This document shows positions 36,073 to 45,624 of a stretch of 64,000 bases of DNA, one piece after another (position 1 is the first letter of the stretch; every line of letters begins with the position of its first letter). Location: contig CBDAPI010000015.1 of the NCBI GenBank assembly GCA_965198355.1, positions 922,608 to 986,607 on the forward strand. Reading direction: 5' to 3'. This stretch comes from Acidobacteriota bacterium. Its GTDB lineage: Bacteria > Acidobacteriota > UBA6911 > RPQK01 > CBDAPI01. The notes under the pieces were generated by a model. It worked only from the letters and a program-made list of their open reading frames with translations. It was not told where the DNA came from and made no database searches. A program made the position numbers and the translations under genes.

Positions 36073-37957
36073 TCCTTACGGGTCTAGGATTCGCGATGCT
36101 ATAAAGGTGCTCAAGACCGCGAATGAATATCTGTCCCTCGACCAGGGCTGGAGATGCAAGTGTGTCCTCATCGATTGAGTTCTTCGAAAGCAACCTGTAC
36201 TCAGATCCCGCGGCCACGACACTGGTTGTACCGTCCGAGGAGGGTATGTAGATCTTGCCGTCGCCGGCGGCCAACGCTCCGGTAAACCTCCCTCCTGTCA
36301 ACCGTTTCCGGTAGAGGATCTCGCCACTTTCCTTGTCGGCACAATAGAAGATCCCGTTCAGCGTGACCCAGTAGATTTGATCTCCCAAGACCACCGGCGA
36401 AGAGACGTCTGGGATCCCCTTGGTGACCTGCCATTTCTGGTGCGTCTCCGTGATATCCCCTTGGCCACCCAAACGCACAGCCGTCACGCTGGCTGGACCG
36501 TGTGTTCCACCGGCCAGATAGGCGGATTCCTGGTCTGAAACGGGGCTTGGTACTGGTTGCTCAAGGGGGGCCTGGAACAACCAGCGTCTTTCTCCCGTGT
36601 CAACATCGAATGCCAGCCCATGGTGGTAGGTCGTGATCAGGACCAGGGTCTCTTCTTGCCCTTTTAGAACCAGGGGAGTCCCGTAGGATTCGTGGGCACC
36701 TGGAATAGAATCAGCTCTCCACAACTCCTTGCCAGTGGCCAAGTCGAGGGCGGCCAGATAAGAATGTATTTGAAACGGGTAAGTGTGGTCGCCGGCGCCA
36801 GCATCGGGGTTCTCGGCGAAGAAGGGGAGGATGAGACGATCGCCTACAATCACCGGCGAACTACTAGCCCCATAGCGCAAATACTCACGGTATAGAGGCT
36901 CCATTCTGGTCCATTGGATATTTCCCTCAAAATCCAGACAGACCATCCCCGGACCGAAGTTGGCCACAAGGAATCTCCCGTCCGTCACAGGAGTGGGTGT
37001 CGCGTAGGAATTCGTCCTGTACTTCCTTCCGCTCGGAGCTCTGAAACCAGCGCGCTCCCAGAGTACTTCTCCAGTGGCTCGATCAAGCGCCACGACATTG
37101 CGAGAGCGCTGAGGTACCCAGACATTAAAAAAGGTAAAGTTGAGGGCCACCAGCAAGAAGAGGCTGAGGGCACATGCCGCCCGACTGACCCAGCGGTTCG
37201 GAGCAAGGCTGTCATCAGCGAATCGAGACAAGAGATAAGCGAAAAGATACCATACACCAGCAACAGTCATCGGACCCACGACTTTTAGCAGGCGTCTTAT
37301 CCCGAACGGCAGAGTCGCTTCGCGTAGAGGCAGCCAGAGATAGAAAGCGAGACTCAGGCCGCCAAGCAGAGGTAAACCCAGGAGGCGCCATTTCGAGCGT
37401 ACAGGAAGGAAGCCGACAGCCGCGATCAAACCCAGCATTAGAGTTCTTGACGAGGCCATCCAGGTTCCGCCGGGATCGCCTTCTCTGAAGGGCTCCGTTT
37501 GAAAGAGGAGCTCAAGAAGCATGTACACAAAAAGTAGGGTCGCCCCCGTGACCAGGAGCCGATCCATCCAAAGAGCCACCGCAAACCACCACTGAGGTCC
37601 GCTTCTGTCTCGCTTAGCCATTCCGGAGACGATCAGGTAGCCCGTCGACAATAAGAACAGGATCAAGATTCCGGAGCTAAACCAGATGAGTTGCTTTTTG
37701 CTGAGAATCCTGTCTGGACTCTCGATTGCCGTGGAAACAAAGACGCGATCATCCCAGACAATAGGAGATGAGATGCCGTCTCCGCCAATGCGAGTCTTCC
37801 AGAGAATATTGTGGTCGGGGCTCCACTCGACTGGTAGGTTGCGGGCTTCGGAAAGCCCGTTGCCATCCCCCCGCCAACCTGGCCATCGATTTCCCTCAGC
37901 CAGAACATTGGATAGGCTCAGGAGCAGCCAGATGATAATAAACGGTGTTTTTCGCAT
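36035..37957 (-). CDS. PQQ-like beta-propeller repeat protein with signal peptide and an internal ~250-aa polytopic membrane segment; C-terminal ~15 aa encoded by the IS200 terminal hairpin
   Basis: NILWKTRIGGDGISSPIVWDDRVFVST and further PQQ-type repeats; central stretch of ~7 hydrophobic helices. Confidence 0.6.
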   Translation of the reverse strand: MRKTPFIIIWLLLSLSNVLAEGNRWPGWRGDGNGLSEARNLPVEWSPDHNILWKTRIGGDGISSPIVWDDRVFVSTAIESPDRILSKKQLIWFSSGILILFLLSTGYLIVSGMAKRDRSGPQWWFAVALWMDRLLVTGATLLFVYMLLELLFQTEPFREGDPGGTWMASSRTLMLGLIAAVGFLPVRSKWRLLGLPLLGGLSLAFYLWLPLREATLPFGIRRLLKVVGPMTVAGVWYLFAYLLSRFADDSLAPNRWVSRAACALSLFLLVALNFTFFNVWVPQRSRNVVALDRATGEVLWERAGFRAPSGRKYRTNSYATPTPVTDGRFLVANFGPGMVCLDFEGNIQWTRMEPLYREYLRYGASSSPVIVGDRLILPFFAENPDAGAGDHTYPFQIHSYLAALDLATGKELWRADSIPGAHESYGTPLVLKGQEETLVLITTYHHGLAFDVDTGERRWLFQAPLEQPVPSPVSDQESAYLAGGTHGPASVTAVRLGGQGDITETHQKWQVTKGIPDVSSPVVLGDQIYWVTLNGIFYCADKESGEILYRKRLTGGRFTGALAAGDGKIYIPSSDGTTSVVAAGSEYRLLSKNSIDEDTLASPALVEGQIFIRGLEHLYSIANPRPVRSPPGSAGEAARV

Positions 37958-38458
37958 GTCGGCTCTATTCCTCTTTTGAAGGCCGCTCCTTTAGTAAGGA
38001 AAGCGACCGAAATTCAGGTCAACTCGGGTGACTTCTTCGCTGCCAGCAACCGAGGCTTGCCTGCTTTTTCTTGGGGGTGGGTGTTTTTCAAATCATTGGC
38101 GCCGTTTTTCGGGCAAGCGCGCCGTTGATTGGCCGCAGACTCAACGACTACCGGATGCTTCCCAGGAAAACGATATACAAGGCGTGCAGCCGGACGAACG
38201 GTGGCCCGTGGAAAACGTAGATCGCGCTATTCCATCATTCGCACATTCGCAAGATATTAGAAGAGGGGATTCCCGTTGAACCATTCCAGCTTTCCGTTTT
38301 GGAGCTTGGAACCTCCAGCCGAGAATACATCAAAGCGATAAACCACTGCATCAGACGTACAGGCCAAAGAGCTAACCAGTAATCGACCCACAGCACATCT
38401 GTGGGGCCAAACTCAGAACATCTAGTGCAATGATCTATAGGGCTTCGGATCGAAGAAA

Positions 38459-39632
38459 AACTGGCCTAGTGTGCTGTCCGATAAATTCCCGACGTTAACA
38501 TTGAGTGATTGATTCTCTCGCTTTTTTGACCTTTGCCAGGATGGAATCGGCGGTGGCGCGCCACTTGAAGGGCTTGGCCAAGTGTTGATTGTGGACTCGT
38601 ATGTATCGTCGGATCTCCTGTCGCAGATCTCGAACGCTGGTGAAGGAGTTGCGGTAGATGGAGCGACGCTCCAGCTGAGAGAACCAGGTCTCCACGGCAT
38701 TGAGCCAGGAGGCGCTGGTAGGAGTAAAGTGCAGGTGGAAGCGTTCTCGGCGCGCCAGCCAACTTCGAACCTTCTGGGTTTTGTGAGTACTGGAGTTGTC
38801 CAGGATGAGGTGAACGTCCAGATTGGGATCGAGCGCTTGATCGATCTGGCGTAAAAAGGCCAAGAATTCCTGGGCTCGATGCCGTTTCGTGATGCGCCCC
38901 ATCACCTCTCCCGTGGCCACATCGAAAGCGGCGTAAAGGCTAGCCGTGCCGTGCCGCTTGTAGTCGTGTGTTCGTCGCTCGATCTGTCCGGGTTTGAGCT
39001 GGAGCATGGGCTGGGTTCTATCCAGGGCTTGGATCTGGGTCTTCTCGTCCACGGATAAGACCAGAGCATTGTCAGGAGGGTCCATGTAAAGCCCGACGAC
39101 ATCGATCACCTTGTCGGCGAAATGAGGGTCGTGACTGATTTTGAAGTTGCGGATTCGATGAGGTTTCAGGTCGGCCGCCTTCCAGATCTGAGTGACCTGA
39201 TGGCGGCTCACTCCGGCGTACTCGGCCATCAGGCGCACACTCCAGAAGGTCGACTCACAGGGAACCCGTTGTACCGTGGCCTTGAGGATGGCTCGCACTT
39301 TGGCCGGCGCTAACTTTCGGGGGCGGCCTGAGCGAGGTTGATCCTCCAGTCCTGACAGTCCCTGCTGCAGGTAGCGTCGTCGCCACTTCTGAACAGTGAG
39401 CAAGCGCTTGGACAGTCTTTCAGACACCTGTGTTGCCGTTAACCCTTGGCCGCAAAGCAGGATCAACTCGGCCCTTTCGGCCAGACTGCGCCGGGTCTTG
39501 GAGGCTCGCAACCAGGAACGCAAAATCTCTCGATCGTCTTCGGGGAGTTGTAGTTGGATATGTGGTCTTGCCATACGGAATGATAGCGAAAAGCCCTGAC
39601 TATTAACATCGTGAACTTTCCGGACAGTACAC
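38459..39632 (-). mobile_element. IS630/Tc1-mariner-family insertion sequence with TA target duplication
   Basis: inverted repeats GTGTGCTGTCCGATAAATTCCCGACGTTAACA / reverse complement GTGTACTGTCCGGAAAGTTCACGATGTTAATA; TA on both flanks. Confidence 0.75.
38495..39574 (-). CDS. IS630-family DDE transposase (359 aa)
   Basis: HTH ...GLTATQVSERLSKRLLTVQKWRRRY...; DDE core ...LVLSVDEKTQIQA...LILDNSSTHK...WLNAVETWFS. Confidence 0.85.
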   Translation of the reverse strand: MARPHIQLQLPEDDREILRSWLRASKTRRSLAERAELILLCGQGLTATQVSERLSKRLLTVQKWRRRYLQQGLSGLEDQPRSGRPRKLAPAKVRAILKATVQRVPCESTFWSVRLMAEYAGVSRHQVTQIWKAADLKPHRIRNFKISHDPHFADKVIDVVGLYMDPPDNALVLSVDEKTQIQALDRTQPMLQLKPGQIERRTHDYKRHGTASLYAAFDVATGEVMGRITKRHRAQEFLAFLRQIDQALDPNLDVHLILDNSSTHKTQKVRSWLARRERFHLHFTPTSASWLNAVETWFSQLERRSIYRNSFTSVRDLRQEIRRYIRVHNQHLAKPFKWRATADSILAKVKKARESITQC

Positions 39633-40373
39633 TAAGGCTTTCGAGGAACGTACTTGAAATACCTGACCATAACTGCCGTATGCGAAGAGGGGCTCAGAAA
39701 GCCATTCGGGGTGTGCGGCCAAGAATTCACGAAATGCTCGCCTTTCCCCCCTGTCATCATCTGAGTCGAAGGCATTCCAATCATCGAAGATTATGATTGA
39801 TCCATCCAATAGCATATCAGCAATAAAACGTAATGCCTCCGACGAGGATGCGTAAAGATCACAGTCAATTAGGGTAAGGACTGCTTTGGATAAACCATAC
39901 TTTTCCTTGAGACTCGGGGTAAGTGTGTCTTCGTAGAATCCCGCGACTAAGATCGTGCGATTCCAATCAACGCCATGACGATCTAGCATTTTGCGAACGT
40001 AGTCTAGTTCCGCGCAGAACTGACCGCCGTAGAAGTCCCCCTTGTACGCATCGCTCCCATCGACATGCGGCAACCCGGCGAATGAATCCAGTCCAACAAA
40101 CTTCATGGAATGATTCCCCAACTGCCTCATATAACTCTGCGCATACCAAAAGGTAAAGCCACGGTAAACTCCAAATTCGAAGTAGTCTCCCTGGTCGTCG
40201 AGTCCCTGCTCGACAATCATTCTCATCGCTCGTGCGACCGCACCCGGTGTGCTTGCGTTGGCAGGTCGAAATCGCTTCGGAGAGATCTTGGCTTCCAGCC
40301 TTCTTGCCAAATCGCGTAAATGGAAGGCAGTGAGCGTTCGGCCGACCAAGGTTCGGATGCTATTTCGTGCCAT
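39603..40373 (-). CDS. TylF/MycF-family (macrocin-O-MT-like) sugar O-methyltransferase
   Basis: FEFGVYRGFTFWY...GLDSFAGLP...VLTLIDCDLYASSSEALRFIADMLLDGSIIIFDDW. Confidence 0.7.
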   Translation of the reverse strand: MARNSIRTLVGRTLTAFHLRDLARRLEAKISPKRFRPANASTPGAVARAMRMIVEQGLDDQGDYFEFGVYRGFTFWYAQSYMRQLGNHSMKFVGLDSFAGLPHVDGSDAYKGDFYGGQFCAELDYVRKMLDRHGVDWNRTILVAGFYEDTLTPSLKEKYGLSKAVLTLIDCDLYASSSEALRFIADMLLDGSIIIFDDWNAFDSDDDRGERRAFREFLAAHPEWLSEPLFAYGSYGQVFQVRSSKALVYCPESSRC

Positions 40374-40455
40374 CTCTACTCAGTCCGAAATCCCATGCTT
40401 GGACTCCCGAATCGGAGGGTGCGAACATTCCTAAGGAGAGCGTCTCTGGATGGCA

Positions 40456-40875
40456 TCAGAATTGGCCAAGTCGGAGCCTACTGTCCAACTGCTCTGCCAA
40501 ACGATGTGCCAAAGCGACGATCGTCAGCACAGGCCCCACCGCACCCCCCGTAACAAACGTTTCGCTCCCGCCGATATAGAGGTTGGGACATTCATGGACC
40601 CTCAGATTGCGATCGACCACACTCGTCGTTGGATTGTCTCCCATCCGGCAAGTTCCGATGTGGTGCCTGGAATAGGCTGGCGCAGCCTCCCGAATAACAT
40701 GAACTCCCAGTCGTCTAAATATCTCCAGCGTCAGCTCTCGGCAGCCAACCAACATTTTGCGATCTTCTTCGGTCAGATTGTAAGTCAGGTGCGCAAGAGG
40801 GTTCCCGAAGCAGTCCTTTGCGTTCTTGGATAGAGTGACACGGTTTTCGTCATCGGGTTTCATGCAGGAGGTCAT
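40456..40875 (-). CDS. GMC-oxidoreductase C-terminal domain protein (no FAD-binding N-domain); start overlaps the UPF0104 stop by 4 nt
   Basis: HHIGTCRMGDNPTTSVVDRNLRVHECPNLYIGGSETFVTGGAVGPVLTIVALAHRLAEQL. Confidence 0.5.
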   Translation of the reverse strand: MTSCMKPDDENRVTLSKNAKDCFGNPLAHLTYNLTEEDRKMLVGCRELTLEIFRRLGVHVIREAAPAYSRHHIGTCRMGDNPTTSVVDRNLRVHECPNLYIGGSETFVTGGAVGPVLTIVALAHRLAEQLDSRLRLGQF

Positions 40876-41849
40876 CCTGTGAGTCCAGACTCCTTGCTTC
40901 GACTGCCGCTCTGGACAAGAAACAAGAGACCCCCGATCAGGCCTAGGATGAGTACCGCGATTCGGGCTATCACTGCAACCAGCAAGGCCGCTGAGTCCTC
41001 CAGGCCGAGCCTCTCCAGATATAGGATGTACGAGCCTTCCTGAATGCCGATTCCGTTTAGCGAGATGGGAATCATGACCAGAAGCCCCAGTAAGGGCGCA
41101 AAGAACAGGAAGACAGCAAAGGAGGCGGTGGCGTTGACGGAAAGAACGAAGAAATAAATGGTCAAGCTCTTGAGGATATAGAAAACCAGTGAGAGGAGGA
41201 GAGCAATCGCGACGATCTTACCATGTCTTCGATAGAGAAGAAGGCTGGCCGAGAATTCCTCGAGGGCCCGCGCGACCTTTGGCAATCTCTTTTGCAGTAG
41301 CGCTTGGGTGTTCTTGACCAAAACCATCACGGCGAGAAATGAGCAGGAGCCGACTACGACTGCCAGTAGAATGAGCACTGCGAGGCTTTGAATGGAAACC
41401 AGTGAATCGGCGGCCAGCAGAAGAGCGAGACCGGAAACCAGTGCCAGGACAATGGCCATGAAGAAGCCGGTAGCTCGCTCAAAGACCACCGATGATACGA
41501 CCCCACCGGTCGAGGATTGACCGCGCACTTTGTAGACCCGAAAGACATCACCGCCCAAGGTTCCGGGCGTGAAGTTATTGAAGAACATCGACATCCACAT
41601 GAGGTTCAGGATTCTTAGTAGGGGAACACGTACGTCTTGTACTTCTAACAGCAGCTGCCATTTGTAGGCTCGAGAAAGCATGTTGACAAGCATGATCAGC
41701 AGGGCACAGCCAAACATGGAGACTCTGACCTGGCTCATTGCAGCCAGGGCGCCGCTGAGGTCTGTGCTCCAGATGATCAATGCGATGAGACCGATACTGA
41801 TGACAACTTTCAGCATCATTGGGATCTGGTGTCGCAAATTCTTCCTCAA
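40872..41849 (-). CDS. UPF0104 flippase-like membrane protein
   Basis: ...FFNNFTPGTLGGDVFRVYKVRGQSSTGG... Confidence 0.7.
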   Translation of the reverse strand: MRKNLRHQIPMMLKVVISIGLIALIIWSTDLSGALAAMSQVRVSMFGCALLIMLVNMLSRAYKWQLLLEVQDVRVPLLRILNLMWMSMFFNNFTPGTLGGDVFRVYKVRGQSSTGGVVSSVVFERATGFFMAIVLALVSGLALLLAADSLVSIQSLAVLILLAVVVGSCSFLAVMVLVKNTQALLQKRLPKVARALEEFSASLLLYRRHGKIVAIALLLSLVFYILKSLTIYFFVLSVNATASFAVFLFFAPLLGLLVMIPISLNGIGIQEGSYILYLERLGLEDSAALLVAVIARIAVLILGLIGGLLFLVQSGSRSKESGLTG

Positions 41850-41899
41850 TGTGGTGACTTGTTCTCTGCAATTCGAGGCTGACCTGCCCGGTAGGGTCG

Positions 41900-43860
41900 A
41901 GAGCTGGCGCGGTAGCCATCTCAGGCCCCGTTTCCAGCTCCCGCCTCGTCAAACACAGCATGCGGATTTCCCGCACTGCGCTTTCCTCTCGGCTTCACGA
42001 AAGGGCTTATGAGACCTATCGAGCTGGTTTGGCTATCGGCGGGGCTGAAAGCGCTGAACCCTGTACTGATCGTACAAGCCCAACTCCTGATACAGCCAGC
42101 GCCGACTCCACCTCTTCCAACCGAAGCCCCGGAGTTTCCGGGCACGCATCAGATGCCGTCGCACCTTCTTTTCCACCCAGTCACGAATGAAAGAGAAACA
42201 TCGACTCGAATGCCCTACCGCAAAGTAGTTGACCCAACCTCGAAGAATCGGGTTGATCAGTTCGATTACCCGCCCTATAGGTTGGGATTGAAAGCGCCGG
42301 AAGATCTCCTTGAGCTTCCGCACCAGTGCCGTTCGCTTTTTCAGCTTGGGCACATAATGCGGCCGCCACCGTCCCCGCAAGCTGCGCACACGGCGGAACT
42401 CAAAGCCCAGGAATCCAAAGCTTTCCCCTTTGCTCAGGTCTACGATTCGACTCTTCTCTTCATTGATCTCGACTCGGAGTTTGGCAAACTCCTCCCGGAG
42501 CCTCTGGCGTACCGCCCGTAGAAGCCAAGCATGCCGCCGATAGCCATCGATGAGAATGACCAGATCATCGGCGAACCGGGCATACTCCACATACGTGTAG
42601 CGGCCACTTCGCGTGACCCGTTTGGCCCGTTCCAGCATCCGATCCACTTCATTCAGGTAGAGATTAGCGATCAACGGTGAAATCACTCCACCCTGAGGAA
42701 CACCCCGTTTGCCACTCGCTTTCACGATCAGTTTTAGCAGGTGCAGGATCTCTCGATCCTGGACGCGTGCTGCCACTTTCTCAAACAAGATGTCGTGCCG
42801 GACGTTGTCGAAGTAGCACTTCAAATCCACGTCCACCACCCGGGTTTTGTTCTCCACAATGGCTTGAGCTACTCTGTGAACCGCCTGATGAGCGGTCCGC
42901 TTCGGGCGATAGCCATAGGACCCCTTTTGGAAGTCCGCCTCGAAGATGGGTTCCAGGATTAGCTTGAGCGCTCCCTGGACCACACGGTCCCGGATGGTCG
43001 GGATCGATAGAACGCGAGCTTTGCCCCCGTCCTTCGGAATCTCCTGCTTCCGGACCCGCTGCGGCTGATACTTGCGTGAGGTCAACTCGTCCCGGATCTG
43101 CTCGAGAAACTCCTCTACTCCACTCTCTTCGATGGCCTCGAAGCGAACCCCATCGATTCCGGGGGCTCCTTTGTTCTTCTTGGCCAATCGATAGGCTTCA
43201 CGAAGGGTTTCCATTTTGCAGACATGGACGTACAACCCCCAGAAACGCCAGGACGGTTCAGCCTTCGCCTTGACGTATATCCTCCGTCTCAGGTCTTGCA
43301 GATTGTCGGACGCCTTTATCATCTCGCCCCTGCCTCCCTTTGTCGACTGAGGAACTACCGACAGTTGGGTCCCTTCGCTCCACAGGCATTACCCGCGCTT
43401 CACAGCTAATACAGACCCATCCGCCACCCCTCTCGTCTTCGGCCGACTTCCCGGTGTCGCCGGTTATACGGCCTACCTTTCTCCGCGTCGATTTCTCGAC
43501 GGGACGAGGAGGGCTTCTCCAGTTGCTTGGCATGTCCTTGTCACCGTGCCGCCGCTTCCACCCCGCCGGAGTGGACCACCGCTTCAGTCAGTCTGCGGAA
43601 GTCCATGCTGCCTTCACCCTACGGTTGCAGGCTCGGCCTCCGAGGCTTCGCACTTTCGAGGCCACTTCTGCGTTCATTTGCATTACGGCCCAGTGACTCG
43701 CTCACCACCCTATAGATGGTTTTGTCGATGGGCTTCAAGGCTTTAGTTTCCCTCCACCCTGCCATCCAAGCTACAGAGCTTCTGACTTTTACCCTGGCAG
43801 GACTGACTCCTGCCGAACACACCAGCCTTAGCTGGACACACAGCCGCAATTGCTGCTTAC
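41900..43860 (-). mobile_element. bacterial group II intron (boundaries approximate) in the spacer between the epimerase and UPF0104 genes
   Basis: intron-encoded RT/maturase; domain-V-like GAAA hairpin on the minus strand (gcagtgcGGGAAATCCgcatgctg, ~41965-41990); candidate 5' GUGUG at ~43850. Confidence 0.6.
42033..43322 (-). CDS. group II intron reverse transcriptase/maturase (RT + domain X, no endonuclease domain)
   Basis: RT motifs ...RGVPQGGVISPLIANLYLNEVD...YVEYARFADDLVIL...; maturase ...ILRGWVNYFAVGHSS... Confidence 0.85.
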   Translation of the reverse strand: MIKASDNLQDLRRRIYVKAKAEPSWRFWGLYVHVCKMETLREAYRLAKKNKGAPGIDGVRFEAIEESGVEEFLEQIRDELTSRKYQPQRVRKQEIPKDGGKARVLSIPTIRDRVVQGALKLILEPIFEADFQKGSYGYRPKRTAHQAVHRVAQAIVENKTRVVDVDLKCYFDNVRHDILFEKVAARVQDREILHLLKLIVKASGKRGVPQGGVISPLIANLYLNEVDRMLERAKRVTRSGRYTYVEYARFADDLVILIDGYRRHAWLLRAVRQRLREEFAKLRVEINEEKSRIVDLSKGESFGFLGFEFRRVRSLRGRWRPHYVPKLKKRTALVRKLKEIFRRFQSQPIGRVIELINPILRGWVNYFAVGHSSRCFSFIRDWVEKKVRRHLMRARKLRGFGWKRWSRRWLYQELGLYDQYRVQRFQPRR

Positions 43861-43879
43861 GGCGGCCCCGAACATCGCT

Positions 43880-44854
43880 CTATAGATGGCCACTCTTCTT
43901 ATACCAAGCCGCCGTGAGACCGACTCCGGTAGGAACATCGATCACACTCTCGAAGCCGAGGAGCTCCGCGGCCTTGGTCACGTCAAATGAGACGGATCGG
44001 GTGAAAAAGTCCATGCTCCGCCGAAACAAGGGCGGCTTGATTCTCAGCAAGTTGCTCAGGTTTTCCGTGGCGCCACAGATGAATGTAATCGGCAGGGCAG
44101 GAAGCCGGATTCGGGGTGGCTTCACTCCGAGTTCACGGGCTACGATGTTGATGAGTTCCTTGAGACTAATGGCTTCACGACCCCCAATGATGACCACCTT
44201 TCCCAAGGCCTGATCGGCGCTGAGGCACAACTCGAACGCCCGACACAGATCGTCGATGTACACCAGGTGCTTCATGGTCTTCCCCGGATTGACGATAACC
44301 CCCCTCTTGACCATCCTGTAGAATTTCGCCTTGGCGTCGCCCGGACCGTACACTTGAGCGGGACGGACAACGATCAACGGCAGTCCATTTCGCCGATGGA
44401 ATTCCAAGGCAAGTTGCTCGGCTGCGCATTTGGTCTGCTCGTACTTGTCGTCAGGAGGCGCATAGGGTGTTTTCTCATCGTAAGGCGGATTGGATCCACT
44501 TGCGGCAACGCCAACTGTGCTGCAGTGAATGACCCGTCCGACGCCGCAGTGAAGAGCCGCCTCGAGGACGTGGCCGGTTCCCTCCACGTTGACCCTGTGA
44601 AATTCCTTCTTGGATGCCTCGGGGTTGTTGAAGAGTGCTGCCAAATGAATCACTGCATCGGCGCCGTCAAACGCGATCTCCAAAGAACCACGGTCAGTGA
44701 CGTCGCCGAGTCGGACGTCAAGATCAGCTGCTGGAAGTTCTTTCGCTCGCTGCAGCGTACGGTCAACCGGGATCACGGAGTACCCCCGCTGAATGAGGTG
44801 GTGACACAGGTTTCCGCCGACAAACCCGGAGGCTCCCGTAACAGCGACCTTCAT
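43880..44854 (-). CDS. NAD-dependent epimerase/dehydratase (SDR superfamily)
   Basis: MKVAVTGASGFVGGNLCHHLIQRGYSV...; YxxxK region. Confidence 0.8.
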   Translation of the reverse strand: MKVAVTGASGFVGGNLCHHLIQRGYSVIPVDRTLQRAKELPAADLDVRLGDVTDRGSLEIAFDGADAVIHLAALFNNPEASKKEFHRVNVEGTGHVLEAALHCGVGRVIHCSTVGVAASGSNPPYDEKTPYAPPDDKYEQTKCAAEQLALEFHRRNGLPLIVVRPAQVYGPGDAKAKFYRMVKRGVIVNPGKTMKHLVYIDDLCRAFELCLSADQALGKVVIIGGREAISLKELINIVARELGVKPPRIRLPALPITFICGATENLSNLLRIKPPLFRRSMDFFTRSVSFDVTKAAELLGFESVIDVPTGVGLTAAWYKKSGHL

Positions 44855-44954
44855 AACCTACTCCTTATCAGAAAACCGAACTGTTTGAACTGCATGAGAT
44901 GAAACTCCCTCCGGCTCAGCCGCAGGGTGACCTACTGAGCCCTCAGTATCTCAT

Positions 44955-45554
44955 TCAGCTTCCAAGGGTCGTCTCAGCTTGGGCGGGTCGGCTCCTCCGG
45001 CGGGTTAGGAACTGGACCAGCAGCACGACTGGAGCGATCACTGCAATCTCCGTCAAGATGGCCACCACATTCCTGAATTGAAGAATGCCAGCCAGCCAGC
45101 CGGAAGTTCCCGTCAGGGTCGACTTTGCATGGCTTGCGCCCAGCAATAGCTGAAAGCTGGATAAATAGTGTTCGTCCAGCACTGGCCAAAAGAGTGGAAT
45201 ACCGAAGGGTGGGCGTCGGTCCGGTCCCAGAAGGTCAATCAACAAATGGGACGTGTACGCCGCGAACAATGTCATCCAATTGCCAAGAAAATGACCCTGT
45301 AGCCAGCTACGGCAGAGCATGGTAACGATACAGCTGACTGCCAGAGCAAAGGCCAGGCTGTGGGAGATCCCCTGGTGGTAAAGGACTGGTAGACCGACGA
45401 GAAGACCCGGTAAGAAGTCCAGATCCGGAGCCATGGCCAGTAGAATACAAAGAAGAAACCAGCCGCCCGTGTGGTCATTCCGGCGACCCCTGACACGATA
45501 GACGGCATAACCTGCCAGCGCGTGGCCAATCGGGGTCGCCATCAATCTCTCCAA
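44955..45554 (-). CDS. DUF457 membrane-bound metal-dependent hydrolase-like protein
   Basis: MATPIGHALAGYAVY...multi-TM with His-rich loops. Confidence 0.5.
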   Translation of the reverse strand: MERLMATPIGHALAGYAVYRVRGRRNDHTGGWFLLCILLAMAPDLDFLPGLLVGLPVLYHQGISHSLAFALAVSCIVTMLCRSWLQGHFLGNWMTLFAAYTSHLLIDLLGPDRRPPFGIPLFWPVLDEHYLSSFQLLLGASHAKSTLTGTSGWLAGILQFRNVVAILTEIAVIAPVVLLVQFLTRRRSRPAQAETTLGS

Positions 45555-45624
45555 TTCTGCATGAGTTCAGCCAACGGGGTTTTTCGCACGCACCCGCGAT
45601 AGAGCTGGGAGAAGCCGGATCGTT

